From the NCBI GenBank assembly GCA_964016885.1, contig OZ024743.1, positions 102,858,001 to 102,922,000 of the forward strand: a DNA stretch of 64,000 nt, written 5' to 3'. Shown piece by piece: positions 13,941 through 27,505 of this stretch. Numbering within the stretch: the stretch's first letter is position 1; each line of letters opens with the position of its first letter. The DNA is from Eledone cirrhosa (Eukaryota). The notes below the pieces were generated by a model, which saw nothing but the letters and a program-made list of their open reading frames with translations, was not told where the DNA came from and did no database searches. Made by a program: the position numbers and the translations under genes.

Positions 13941-14700
13941 ATGAGTCCCACATATATCAGTTATCGTGTATTGAAGTATAAGTGGGAATGAATTTTACTT
14001 TAATCTCATCGCATTCTTTGAATTTTGTCCAAATATTATCATAAACAAGTTCTATGTATTCCGAATTTAAGAACAAGGTCAGCAATTGTGTGTGCGTGTG
14101 TGTGTGTGTGTGTGTCTCATGATCAGGTCGTCGGCGACTAAACCTGCAACCCCACCAAGCTTGCTTGGTGAGGAGGATGATATTTGGACACCCTGGTGGA
14201 TGAAATACAAGACCCAGCAAAGGGCAGAGGAACTCAGCAGAGTCAATTGCCATCCAAATAGTATGGGGTTTTTTTCCACCTGGGAGTGAAAGGCACCCAG
14301 TTGTTGTCACAATACCTTTCTAGGAGAGGGAAATTCTGAAAATGAAACCTGCAGCTTTGGAAGCATCTGATGATGTTGACAAGTTCTCCTTTTTGGCTAG
14401 TGATTTTGATGCTCAGAGAGTATGATTGGTTGAGTGCAAGGCCTTTCCGCACTTAAATAACTTTCAAAGCACAGGCATTGCTTGTTCAGGATCTGTTACA
14501 AGCGATTGCAATACTTTTAGCAGAGTCTGCAGTCATGATGTGTGTGATGGCAGATATGATAAGCTTCAAGCCTTGACTAGTAATTCATTTTATCAACCCC
14601 AACAGAATGAAAAGTAAAGTTGAACTCAGTAGTATTTGAACCCAGAGTTAAATGCCATAAAGCTTTAGGATTCTGCAATTCTACAATCCTCACTTATGTT

Positions 14701-14990
14701 CTGTTAATATATTGAAAACAAGCTATTAAAACGTTCTTCCTGAGCTGGGTTATTTAAGCTCTATTAATATGTTGAACCCAACGTATTAAAACACTTTCTG
14801 AGCTGGGTTAATTTAAGCTCTATTAATATGTTGAATCCAACATATTAAAACACCCCTGAGCTGGGTTAATTTAAGCTCTATTAATATGTTGAACCCAATG
14901 TATTAAAAGACTCCCTGGGCTGGGTTAATTTAAGGTCTATTAATATGTTGAACCCAACATATTAAAAATTTCTTCATGAACTGGGTTAAC
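14701..14990. repeat. Minisatellite, 5 copies of a ~59-bp unit with an internal hairpin
   Basis: Unit ctattaatatgttgaacccaacgtattaaaacactttctgagctgggttaatttaagct, starting at ~14701, 14761, 14820, 14878 and 14937. Confidence 0.92.
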
Positions 14991-16199
14991 TTTATAGCTT
15001 TCCAATCTATTGGAGTGAAAAAAAGAGATGAAGTCAGAGATAGAAATTGAGAGGAGATAGAAAAAGTGTTGGAAATAGATAGAAAAAGTGAGGGCGAGAG
15101 AGAGAGATAGTGAGGGACAGAGAGGCAGAAAGGGGAAAGAGGGTGATGGAGAGATGAAGAGAGATAGAGGGAGAGTATGCTCTGTATGATTGATAAGAAT
15201 TTTGTTAGCTTCTAGAGCTAAACTAAAATCCTCCTACATGCCCACAGAATCAACAAGAACCTTCACAAGTACATTGTATCTTCTTTTGAATCGGTACATA
15301 TGCACTAAGTATCTTCTTCTTCTCCTCCCCTCCTTATCTTTCTTTTTCTCCTCCTCCTGTTTCTCGGCAGTCTCAGCTAATTGAAACATTTATCATCAAT
15401 ATGATGAATATCACCATAATCATCAGAAATACCAACCTTATGCTGTTAATAGTTATTTCCATGGTGATAATGATAATTATAGTAATTATAGTTGTGGTAA
15501 TAATATTTATGGTGATGACAGAGATGCTCTTGGTGCTACTGCTCATCTTATTGTTATTGCCATTTATTCCAGCCTACCCCCATTTCGGCATTCTTATTAC
15601 CAAAGGCATTCAATCAGTGACCATAACCTCTTTTTTTTCTCTCCATACAGTATATTTAGGCTTATATTATTCTATGGAAGTGTCTTTACCTTTTCAAAGA
15701 TAGTCTGTGATATGAAAGGAATTTTACTGCTATTTATCTTAGTAATGAAATAATTAATAATTTTAATATATTGTTCAAAATTCTTGATTAATTAATTGAA
15801 GTAGAATGAATTTCATTAGGTACATAGTCATGAAAGGCTTAAATAATTGTTCTAATCACTACAATAATAATTATGACTACCACTGATACCACCAGCAATT
15901 TAATATAAATATCAGCAGAATTTCCCTCATATCACACACTACTGACACAAGATTAGAACGCTTTGGTTACAAATAACATTGAGGTCAATTTTGCCTTTCA
16001 GGGTTGATAAATTAGGTACCAGTTCAGGTTGGCATGTGAATTAGCAGAATTGATAAAGTATCTAATGGGATTCCTTGTGATAAGATTTCAGGATTTGGGA
16101 ATTGAGAGTTTAATTCTTTAATCTTACTAGAAACCCATTAATATTAATTTGTAATTAAGATAGAAGACCAGTAAATATGGGGAAATTACAAAGTTGACT

Positions 16200-16365
16200 C
16201 ATTCAATCCCAGTATTTGACTGTTACTTTAATTTATCAATCCCAGACAGATAAAATGCAAAGTTGACTTTGGCAGGATTTGAATTCTGAATGTAAAGAGC
16301 TAGAAAAAATACCACAATGGCATTTTATCAGATACTGTACCACTTCTGACAATCTACCACTCCTT
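16200..16365 (-). mobile_element. Old Meta-domain SINE copy
   Basis: cccagtatttgactg...aaagttgactttggcaggatttgaattc resembles the younger copies. Confidence 0.6.
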
Positions 16366-16436
16366 AGAGTCCCATTAAAAGTAAGCCAACTGCAAGGTGC
16401 TGGCATTGAGTCCAATGTAAAAATGATACTGTCTTT

Positions 16437-18575
16437 CATCATCATCGTCATCATCATCATTTTACGTCCGCTTTTCCCTGCTTGCAAGGGTTGGACAGGT
16501 CTTATTCAGCACAGCATTTCTCCACTTGTCACGGTCCTTCGTCATCTCCTCGGTGAGTTTCAGTGATCTGAGATATGCTCTCACCACCTCCGCCCATGTT
16601 TTACGTGGTATACCTCTACTGCGTCTTCCTTCTACTGGGATTTCTTGAGACTTCTTTACACAGCGGTCATCCTCCATGCACATCACATGTCCATACCATC
16701 TCAGCCTTCTCTCCTGCACACCACAACTTATCCCTCTTATACCCAGATTCTTTCTCAACTCGTCTATGCTTGGTCATTCATGCACATTGACATTGCACAT
16801 CCAACAGAGCTTGCTTGCTTCATTTCTCTCCAGCCGTCACATATCCTCTGTAGTTGCTGCCTATGTCTCATTACCATGCAGCATCGCACATCTCACACAG
16901 GCATCATATAACTGTTCTTTCGTACGCAGGGAGAAATCCTTCTTTGTCAACAAAGGAAGCAGCTCCCTAAACTTCTTCCAACCTGTACTTATTCTAGATA
17001 CTATGGCCTTGGAACACCCCCCTCCCATGCTAATCTGTTCACCTAGGAACCGGAAGCTATCAACCACTTCTATAGAACCCACCAGCATTGGAAAAATGTG
17101 TCTGTCACTGCGATTAATACTGCCAACTTTCCCTGTATATCTACTGCATATGTAGTTTTCCCGACCTGTTAGTTTGCCTGCTATCCCACTACATCCCACA
17201 AGATCTGCATTGCGTACATTTTATGGAATTTATGCCAGTCCCTTTCCTACATATCGAACATGGTCATTTCCCTGATGGAATCGGAGTATTGTCCGCTCTT
17301 CTACTTATCAACACTTTTGCCTTATCTATATTCACTCTCAGTCCTCTTGCTTCCAACTGCTGTTTCCATAGCCAGAATTTATTCTCTAGCTCCTCTACTA
17401 ATTCTGCTATAAGAGCCAGATCATCAGCATATAGAAGTTCCCATGGGCATCCAATCTTAAACTCCTCTGTTATGGCTTGGAGGACTATAATGAACAAGAT
17501 GGGCTGAGGACCGAACCCTGATGTACACCTACTTGTATCTGGAATTCCCCACTAAACTCCATACCTACTCTCACTTTACTGACAGCACCCCTGTACATAG
17601 CTTGCACTGCCCTCACAAGCCATTCCTCTACACCTAGTTTCCTTAGAAACCACCAGATGACAGATCGGGGTATCCTATCAAAGGCCTTCTCTAGGTCAAC
17701 AAAAGCTAAGTATAGTGGCTTATTATTCTCTAAGAACTTCTCTTGTAGTTGCCTCACTAAGAAGAGAGCATCTGTTGTACTTTTCCGAGGCACAAAACCA
17801 AACTGCATCTCATCTAATTTGACACTTTCTCTAATCAGTTGCACTAATATTCTCTCTGCCACTTTCATAACATGATCCATCAGCTTTATGCCCCTATAAT
17901 TGCTCCTCTCTAGAGCATCCCCTTTACCTTTGTAGCAATTTATGAGAATACTGCTGCAGCAGTCTTTGGGTATGACACCGCCATATATAGCCTGATTGAT
18001 GATGTGTGCAACCGGTTTAATCCCTACTTCACCTGATGCCTTCAGCATCTCAGCAACTATCCCCGACGGTCCAGCAGCCTTACCATTCTTCATTTCTTTA
18101 ATTGCCTCTTGTACCCTATATTCGTCAATCTCAATAGCTGGTCCCTCTGTTAGGTCTACTGGGGATAATTTCTCTCTGTCCTATTCATTCTCCACATTCA
18201 TCAGTCTCTCATAGTGACATTTTCGGGCCTCTTTTTTCTGATCATTCGGGACACTAAGTACACCGGCATCATTCCAGACACACTTTTCTCCAACAACATC
18301 CTGATTTGCACTGACACAGGGCCTTGCAATGCAGAACACTGCACGTCTCTGATCTTCCCGTCGCAGAACATTGGCAAACCTCCTACTCTCAGCCTCCCTG
18401 CGTGCTAAGTACACCTGACTTCTCTCCTAGCGGCTGTGTAATCTTCCCTACTCCTACCATTTTTCCAAGCCTTCCATGCCAGTCTTTTGTCTCTAATGGC
18501 CCTATCTACCGTGCTGTTCCACCACCAGTTCACTCTCTGTCTGGTTGAAGTTCTGCCTCAACCACAAGTTTCTTC
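16437..18575 (-). mobile_element. 5'-truncated RTE-clade LINE (family A), frameshifted RT, (ATG)n tail
   Basis: ORF pieces contain MKNGKAAGPSG, NYRGIKL, QFGF, FVDLEKAFD, GVHQGSVLSP, LLYADDLAL, FRFLG, RLRWYGHV and GRRSRGIPRKTW. A short 3' UTR ends in GGACGTAAA(ATG)n. Confidence 0.95.
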
Positions 18576-19209
18576 GGAAAATATTACCACCTTCTTTTAA
18601 AACTAATGAAAATATTTACTTATAGAAAATATTACATTGTATACCTATACTTAATATATTTTGTTTATCCATACACTCTGTAATATAGTCTTTACCTTCA
18701 GTCATTCATTTCTTTTTAAACTTCTGTAAAGTGGTGGTGTCGCAATGAAAGGTACTCAGCCTGCACTACAAAGTAGTAGTGTTGGTGCCACAAGGAAAAG
18801 CACTCATGTGACAGTGTTAGTGTCATGACGAAAATCACCGTCTGCACTGTAAGGAGGCATATCTGGTGCACAACAAAACAGCACCCAGTCCATCCTATAA
18901 AACTGTAGTGTTGGATTTATGATAAAATATACCCAGTATTGTAAAGTGCTTGCATTAGGAAGAACATCAATCCAAAGAAACTAAGCCAAAGGCAGAGCAT
19001 TCAAACAAAACATTGTTGTCACCTGACTACATTAACCTCTGCATAAGACAACCTGTCTAACCCATGAAACAATGAAAAGTAGACATTAAACAGTAATGAC
19101 ATGAAGATGAAGATGGTCACTGTATTAACAGCTGTAGATATAGCAAATTTTTACAATTATAATCTTTTCACGGCTTATTCCATGCCTATCTTCCATCTTT
19201 CTCTCTCGT

Positions 19210-19281
<72 letters not shown>

Positions 19282-19360
19282 TTTTTATATCGCAAAAATC
19301 ATTCCACAGCAAAAATGAGAACATTTGCATAATATATATTTATTGATATGCTTAATCAAA

Positions 19361-19588
19361 TTAACCCTTTAGCATTCACATTACTCTATATATACTATTA
19401 TATTTTCATGGTAAAGGCTTTACCTCACATAATTATCTCACATAATATCGAATCTATGAGATTTTGAAAGTATTTATTTTGAGAACAATACCTTAACATC
19501 AGTTTGAGTGACCAGTTACAGCCAGTTTCAAGAGAAAAAGGTAGAGAATTCTGGCCGGTGTTGGCCGGTTTGAACATTAAGGGGTTAA
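19361..19588 (+). mobile_element. TTAA-flanked piggyBac-type MITE
   Basis: TTAA-CCCTTTAGCATTCA...TGAACATTAAGGGG-TTAA. It is absent from the duplicated paralogous site near 20300. Confidence 0.85.
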
Positions 19589-19660
19589 GTACATCTATAA
19601 ACTCCAATCAATGCCAAGGAAAAAATTATTTGCTTCCTTTGTATTCTAATGCTTGTCAGT

Positions 19661-19942
19661 TGGTGTTGTACCTTTGTCATTTCCATTAAGTTAATATGCA
19701 AGTGGTTTCACATTCCACAGACACGTGCTCCGTTAATGTAGTTCTCAGGGAGATTCAGAATTACACAACGTGTGACAAGTTTGGCTCCTTCAATTACAAC
19801 ATTCAACTCAATTTTACCAGCTAAGTGGACTGTAGCAATGTGAAATAAAGTGTCTTACTCAAGGACACAGTGCATCACCTGCTCTGGAAATCAAACTCAT
19901 GATCTTCAGTTGAATACCCTAACCACTAAGCCTTATACATTC
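19661..19942 (-). mobile_element. tRNA-derived CORE-like SINE, with probable TSD aatgcttgtcagt/aatgtttatcagt
   Basis: The reverse strand shows GGCTTAGTGGTTAGG (A box) and TGTGTCCTTGAGTAAGACACTTTATTTCACATTGC. It is absent from the duplicated copy. Confidence 0.7.
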
Positions 19943-20434
19943 AATGTTTATCAGTATAAATTATGTCAAGTTATTTATATGGTAATATTCTTTTGTTGCC
20001 CTTTTCAGAAAAAAATTCACTATACCAGACATTATATATAACTAATCTGCTGTAGATATAACACATTTTAAAATTTATAATTTTCTCATGGTTTATTCCA
20101 TGCTTATCCCTATCCCTCTCTCTCTTTCTCTCTCTTTCTCTCCCCCTCTATCTCTCCCATTCTTCCCCCTCTATCTCTCCCTCTATATTTCCCCTCTATC
20201 TCTCCCATCTATCTCCTCCCTCTCATATTTTTATATCACAAAAATTATTTCACAAAAAAACTAAGAAAATTTACATTATTATTTTTTTTTTATATATTTA
20301 ATCAAATTTATTTACATTTAAAATCCAATCAATGCTGAAGAAAAAACACCTTGATTGGTTTGTTTGTATTCTAATGTTTATTAGTATGAATTATGTCAAA
20401 TTACTTGATAATATTTTTTTGTTGTCTTTTACAG

Positions 20435-20511
20435 AAAAATAAACTAGCTGACATGGCAAAGACTAAAAGATTAAACAGGAATTTTTGTGATGTTGTAGCA
20501 AAAGCAAAATG
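20435..20511 (+). CDS. Predicted coding exon of the host gene: (KNKLAD)MAKTKRLNRNFCDVVAKAK(W)
   Basis: Acceptor tttttttgttgtcttttacAG and donor ATG|GTATGT. The frame is open across all 77 nt. ATG at 20453 lies in gacATGG context. The exon ends in phase 2, matching the phase of the exons at 28250 and 56849. Confidence 0.6.
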
Positions 20512-23080
20512 GTATGTTTTGTAAGAAAATATTTATCTACAAATAACTGTTACTCCTTGTTTTCAATTGATGCAAAATGTTTCTGGTTTCTTTTATTATT
20601 TTTTTGTTTTTTCTTCCTTATACATGCAGGCATATTCCATTTCATATTCAATGATTAACAATTGCTTTTTCAATACATTTTCATTTATTTATTCATTTAT
20701 TTATTTTCAATACCAAAACATTTCTACTCTTCTACTGTAATCATTCATTTAATTTTATTCAACCTGATTCATTCATATATCATTAATAATTTTCATTTCA
20801 ATTAATACATATATTTGTCAACAAACATTTTTTTTAAATTTTACAATTTGCAATTAATATATTATTTGTAAAGAGTTAAATATCACTTCAACTATATTTT
20901 TCTTGGTTTGTCTTTTCTGCAAAGACCTAAACAAAACAGAACTAAGAGTACTCTGGTGACTCCTATAGACTAAGAGTTAAGCTTTCAGTTAATTGAGTCT
21001 ATGACAAAATCTTGGTTCCTGGTTAAAACAAATCCACTCTACTTAATAATTTCAGGAAGGTATTTATATTTGAGAATGTGAGAGTCACAAAGGCTGAAAA
21101 TAATTATAATAACAGTATAATACATAGTAGTTGAGATAAATTGGTAAATTACCCTTTGAAAAGAGAAACCTACGAGCATACAAACACTGTATCTCTTGAA
21201 AAGTATGCGCATACTTTACCATTATGCTAAGGGCCAATTGTCACTCCTTCTTGTGTATTTTAAGATGCTATAATATACAACTTGGGACCAAACATAGCTG
21301 GATCTAAATAAACTCCATGAATTATTGAAATGCTCGGAGGGTTTGTAATTTGGAAATGTGAAAGTCCCAAACACAGAAAATAACTCTAATAACATTCAAC
21401 CACTATAGATAATAGTGCAGAAAATTGGGTATGTTACTCTTAGATAGAGAAAAAAGTGGACTTCATCTCTAAGGGAAGTGATTTACTCAATATTCTCAAC
21501 TATTATCCATCATGATCAACTGTTATTACATTTATTTTCTGCATTTGGGACTATCACATTTTCAATTTTCAAGCACTCCCAGTGCTTTGAGAATTCATAA
21601 GGAGATATCTATATATGCCACTGTGCCCCATTTTCCTCATAGTATCATTTTTTAAGAATTTGTGCTTAGGAAGAAAATAACAACAGCAACAATATCATTA
21701 GTTCTTTAATGCTAAAAATGACCCAGCCTAGCTGAAGCAAACCTTTGCCAAAGAGACCGACTAAATAATAATGTACTCGTCATATGAAGTTATTATAAAT
21801 CTGTAACAAAATTTCAAGTCAATGTTATTTTCCTGTCAGTTCTACTTGAAAGTAAGATATCCAATATCTAACAGCTTACATATCCAACACAGTGAATCTG
21901 CAGATAGAAATGTCAAGTGTACTTGATCAACTTAAACATTCTTTGTAGCATTAACTTACTTCATGTAACTGTCTCACATTCAAGTTGTGATTCTTGTTGT
22001 TTAGCTCCCAAGTCAACCATGGTAAATCATCAGACTTATGATTAAAGGTATTCTTGCTTTTTTTTTCATACATAGTATATCTAGTATGGCATTACCTAAT
22101 AAGTTTTTCCTTTTAATAGCTGGTAGGCTGTAATTTGAATGAAATATAGTTTAGGATGAAAGGACTTTTTAGTTGTGTGAAAGACATGTCAACCTCTTTG
22201 GTGTTGGTAACATGATAAAGCACATCCAGTACACTCTAGAAAATGGTTGGTAATAGAAAGGGCATCTAGCCATAGAAATAATGCCATACAAAATAGTCCT
22301 CTTGATGTTTTTGATTGTATCAAAGACATGACAACCTCCCTAATGCTGGTACCAAGATAAAATATACTTGGTGCACTCTGTAGAGTGTGGGAATGTATGT
22401 AAGCAAGGGTTTTAAAATCTTAATTTCAACTACTTCATTTCACTGATAGTGTTAATACATTTTGAAATTTCATGAATAACGATCTTTCCTTTTCTGCTCT
22501 ATCATAAATATTTCAGGCTTCATCTCAAGGCAAGAAACCATTACACTAAAATAATATACTCTAGAACTATGAGACACTTCTGAAAGTACTAAACTGTAAA
22601 AGTACTGGCATTTTAAAAAATTCAGGAAATTAAAAAACAAAATCTCTAGGAAACCTGGAGAGAAGAAATCATGGAGAGAAGAAAATAATCTATAGTTTTT
22701 TATGAGATATAATAGTCTAATTTTATGAGATATAATAGTCAAATTTTTTTATGAGATATAATAGTCTAATTTAGTTCATAGTTGATATTCACGAAAGAAA
22801 ATCAATGATAGAAATATATGTACCAGTCATGCCTAGAATTGTGACAAGAAATGAAAGTGAAAGTCATGAAAACTAATTTTTTGTTGCACTGTTTTATAAC
22901 TACAAATTTTCTAAGCTATTGTGATAATTTAAGACTTATTGGAGAAGATTTCAGCAAAAACTCAAATGAATGTTACTTTCTGTATTCCAAAGATACACTT
23001 TAAAAAGGCACAATTAGAAGTGGCAGAAATAATAATAAAACATATTCGTATGAATATCCTACATCTAGATATAATTTATA

Positions 23081-23265
23081 ATAATTGTTTCTATATTAGG
23101 CACAAGGCCAGCAATTAACCAGTACATGACTGGTACTTTATTTTATCGACCCCGTAAGGATGAAAGGCAAAGTTAACCTCGGCGGTATTTGAGCTCAGAT
23201 CATAAAGTGACGTAACTCTATGCTTCAAAGCATGGTGTCCGACTCTCTACCGATACTGCCAATCC
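23081..23265 (-). mobile_element. Meta-domain SINE, short (internally deleted) subfamily
   Basis: Near-identical to the copies at 25486, 27501 and 52849. Confidence 0.92.
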
Positions 23266-23819
23266 TAATACTCTCAAATTAGACAGCCACATTGTTCATA
23301 CATATAAAACTATACTAAATTGCAGGGTTCTCTTTTCAAAGCCAAAAAAGTACTTTTTCCCTGCATACTTCAAAGTAGAAATATGTTTTAAAATCAATAT
23401 TTACAATATATTCCTGTGTGTTAGCTCATATTTAAGAAGCATCCATCTCCATGATAAGGCAACATCTATCAAGAATCTTACAAACAGGAATGCATTGGTT
23501 AAAAAATGTTTTATTTCTGTCTCCCCTGTCCCTTCTATGATGGCCAGTACACTTTGGGAATTTTTTGCCTCTATTCTACCTCCCAATTATATCATTACCT
23601 ATTGTCTCTAGTGCATTCCACATTCTCAGTCTTTGTGCTTAAGACTTTGTACAATACTTCTTTGAAACGGAATCTTCTTGGAAATTCATTTCTTCTCAGA
23701 TATTCCAAAAAACTTGCCGGCAGCAATAATTCGAATTGAACATTAAATACACTAACTGCATCCCTCCCAAGATTGTGTGGAAATAATTATAAATGTAGTC
23801 TACTATTTTATATCATGTT

Positions 23820-24360
23820 GTTATGTAAGTATATATGTACGTATGTGAATATGCATGCATGTATGTATATATGTACATATATGTGTGTATATAAGTATGT
23901 GTGTATCCATACATGTATGTATATATGTACATATAAGTGTGTATATAAGTATGTGTGTATGCATGTATTTGCATGTATGTTTGCATGTATGTATTTGTGG
24001 ATGCATGTATGTGTGTATGTATATGTGTATATAAGTGTATGTATGTATATATGTATGTGTGGCTTAGTGATTAGAATGTTGGGTCCACAATCATGTGGTT
24101 ATGAGTTCAATATGTATGTATGCATGCATGTATGTGTGGATGCATGTATGTGTATGTATGTGTGTATGCATGTATGTGTGTGTATGTATGTGTGTATGTA
24201 TGTGTATGAAAGTGCATGTATGTATATATGTATGTGTGGCTTAGTGATTAGAGTGTTGGGTTCACAATCATGAGGTTATGAGTAAAATTCCTGGACTGGG
24301 TGGCATGTTGTTCTTGAGCAGAATACTTTATTTCACATTGCTCCAGCTGGAAATGAGTTG
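23820..24360 (+). repeat. (TATG/TG)n simple repeat with two embedded SINE tRNA-head fragments
   Basis: tggcttagtgattaga..gttggg..cacaatcatg.ggttatgagt occurs at ~24060 and ~24237. Confidence 0.7.
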
Positions 24361-24741
24361 CTATGACACTGGTGCCAAGTTGTATTAGCCTTTGCATTTA
24401 CCTTGGACCCCATCACTAGTGTAGTAAGGGGAGACTGGCATGTAAGCGTGACTGCTGATTTTTCACAAAACCACCCTGCCTGGGCTTGTTCCTCAGATGA
24501 GCAAACCCATGGTTACTCATTACTGAAGTGGGCCTTCTTATGTATATATGGATGGATACATGCTCATTATCATCCTCAATTTTTCATCTGCTTTCCATTT
24601 GTACATTCCATTTTTAGCATTGGTCCTATGGCTGGATTCTTTTCCACACCTATGTCAATTTAAAGAGTGTACTTAGTGCATTTTGTCATGGCACCAATAC
24701 TAGAGAGGTTGTTATAAACTTGGTTGGGTTCCATCCTAAAT

Positions 24742-26185
24742 TGTTTGTTCCAATTACAGAGGATTCTCCTTATTAAGCCTCCCAGGTAAAGTCTATGGTA
24801 AGTGTCTGGCAAAGGAGATTGTTGAGTCCAAGCTAGCCGATGAACAGTGCGGTTTTCACTCAAGATGCAGCACAGCTGACCAAATATCCATACTGTGGCA
24901 GGTCCTCGAGAAATCGTGGGAATATTGCCAAGAGGTATATTGTTGTTTTGTCAACCTTGAAAAGGCATGTGATCACATTCCTCCAGGCCTGCTGCAGATA
25001 GTTCTGCAGGAGTATGGGATCAATGGTCAGCTTCTTGCTGCCTTGATGTCTCTATACGAATGCCTGAGCATTTGTGTCCAGATAAATGGAGCTAAATTGA
25101 AACCATTTAATGTGGGAGTTGGACTCCACCAAGTGTGCATACTGCCACCTCTCCTGTTCATTATTTTCATGAACAGGATAGACATGCGCAGCCAGGTTGG
25201 AAGTGGTGTCATGACAGGCAGGTGTAAAATCAGTCGGCTGGAATTTGATCTCCAACTTGCACTTGATAGGTTTGATGTTGAGTGCTGCATGACTGGAATG
25301 AAAATCAGTACTGCGACGACTGAGACACTCATCCTCTCAAGGAAGCCTGTGTAGTTCATTCTTCATGTGAATGGAATTCCACTGAAGCAGGTAGAGAAGT
25401 TCAAGTATTTCGGGGCCATGTTCACGAGTGATGGAAGGTAGGAGGCTGAATTAAGTATAAGAATTGTAGAAGCTGATGTAATAATTGTTTCTACTTTAGG
25501 CACAAGGCCAGCAATTACCCAGTGCATTACTGGTACTTTATTTTATCGACCCCGTAAGAATGAAAGGCAAAGTCAACCTCGGCGGGATTTGAACTCACAT
25601 CGTAAAGGGACGTAACTATGCTGGAAAGCATGGTGTCTCACCCTCTACCGATACTGCCAATCCACCAGAAGCTGATGTAATAATGTACCATCTTCAGCTG
25701 TCAGTAATCAGAAGAAGAGAAGTAGACATGAAACAAAACTCACTATCTTCATTTCAGTGTTTGAACCAGCCCTTACCTATGGTAATGACTGAAAGAATAC
25801 GATCATGAATACAAGCGGCCAAAATGTGTTTCCTCTGAAGGGTCTTTGGAGTAACATTACTCAATAGAGTGCATAACTCAGAGAGTCACTCCAGGTAGAG
25901 CCACTACTTCTCTGAATTGAGAGGTCACAGTTCCGATACTATGGCCATGTGATTAGAAAGTCTCAGGAAAGAATCACTGGACAGATTCTACGGGCAAAAC
26001 CAGCCAGCAGGAGACCCAGGGCTAGACCTCAAGCAATATAGTTGTATAACATCCATAAGCTTGGCTGGTCTCACTTGGGAATCCAGCCGGATCAGTTAGA
26101 GATGGTTGCTTCTGACATGACCTGCTGGAAGGAGTGACTTTGTCCGCACAACTTTCTCAAGAATAAACGGGTGAAGAAGAAGAAG
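24742..26185 (+). mobile_element. Decayed RTE LINE fragment (family B, (GAA)n tail) interrupted by a SINE
   Basis: Motifs include CSNYRGFSLLSLPGKVY, DEQCGF, FVNLEKA, LQEYGINGQLL, VGLHQVCILPPLLFIIFM, VEKFKYFG and YGHVIR. It ends in gaagaagaagaag. Confidence 0.85.
25486..25666 (-). mobile_element. Young Meta-domain SINE with perfect 18-bp target-site duplication
   Basis: TSD agaagctgatgtaataat at 25468-25485 and 25667-25684. Confidence 0.95.
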
Positions 26186-27244
26186 GGAAGAATGTCATTA
26201 ACAAGTGCACTAGGTGCATTCTAACATAACACCAGCTAATGTAAGTTGTTTTGCTGCCAGCAGGATGTCTCTATTTGTTTAAAGCGAAAATGATGATCAA
26301 GAAAGGGAAGGCGAATATGATTTGGGTGTGAGTATGATTGCAAGTGTGATGTGGAAACATCGTGATAGGAACAAGTGGAAGAGAGGGGAAATAATAGAAA
26401 GAAAATATGTCCCCACTTGTTATGACTTTTTATCATCCCTTTTGAGAGGTCCAGATTATTTTGATCAGTATTCATCACATTCTTCACTATTTCCTCTCTC
26501 TCCCACACCCACTCTCTCTTCAAGTGTTATTTTCTAATTCAACCATACAACACTTCATTATACAACTGATATATTCCATACACATCACATGCTTGTAGAA
26601 GTGCAATTTCTTTTGCACACTACATCTGATTCTTCTTATATCCAGCATTTCTTGCGGCCAGTTTATGTTTACTTATTCATCTACACCCCTCCAGCAGAGC
26701 ATGCACATTTCATTTCATTGTACCCATCACAAATCTTCTCCCATTCAAGTCTTAAGTCTCTCTACTAGCTTTGGAACTTAATGTAGACTAGAGGGATGGC
26801 TTTTAGCAATAGTCTACCACTTGCGTTTACAAAATAATGACCCTCCCCCCCATTTATTCCTCAATCGACACATTTTTGCTCTTATTCTTCTTCATGCCAT
26901 TCAACTATTCCATCACATGCCAGTTTGCTGCTAATTTGGATAGATATGATATTTAGGGACTCCAATGGGGTAATAATTTACCATACTTGCTACCTTTATC
27001 CAGTTCTTAGAACTGCTAAGAATTGACTACATCCTATGCAAGATACTCAGTAGCACAACTCAAACAGTAGACTGTCTGTATTTGATCAGTCAGACATAAC
27101 CTAGGGCTAAACAACAACTTTAACAAATAACAACAATAATAACTGGAACACAACAAAGAATTGACCAAGACCTTCCTAGATAACTGCTATTTCATGAATG
27201 GAAAATAGTCGTTAAATGAGGATGACAATAATGATGATGAAAAA

Positions 27245-27460
27245 TGGTTTAAACTAGGGCACAATGCCAATAGTTTTGTGGGTATGGGCTGATCAATTAA
27301 ATCGACCCCAGTACTTGACTGGTACATTATTTTATTGACCCTGAAAGGAAGGATGAAATGCAACATTAACTTTGGCAGGATTTGAAATTAGAGCACAGAC
27401 ATCCAGAATGAATACTACAAAGCATTCTATCTGACATTTTAATGACTCTGCCAATCCATT
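27245..27460 (-). mobile_element. Old full-length Meta-domain SINE
   Basis: atcgaccccagtacttgactggtac...aactttggcaggatttgaa...ctctgccaatcc. Confidence 0.75.
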
Positions 27461-27467
27461 AACTTAT

Positions 27468-27500
<33 letters not shown>

Positions 27501-27505
<5 letters not shown>

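Larger units (their letters stand above)
19131..20453 (+). repeat. Old tandem duplication of an intron 3' end including the splice acceptor
   Basis: 19131-~20030 (minus a MITE and a SINE insertion) aligns by eye with 20049-20453: gctgtagatata..ttattccatgc..(CT)n..tttatatc.caaaaat..aatcaaatt..ccaatcaatgc..tgtattctaatg..attatgtcaa..ttttgttg.c.ttt.cagaaaaa. Confidence 0.8.

Noticed and set aside
14118-14360. GC-richer block resembling an RTE 5' UTR, possibly with an HDV-like ribozyme
   Set aside because: I could not build the nested double pseudoknot by eye. The resemblance is from memory only and needs an RNArobo or Infernal search.
16575-18548. Plus-strand ORFs overlapping the RTE element
   Set aside because: They are antisense shadows of the LINE coding sequence.
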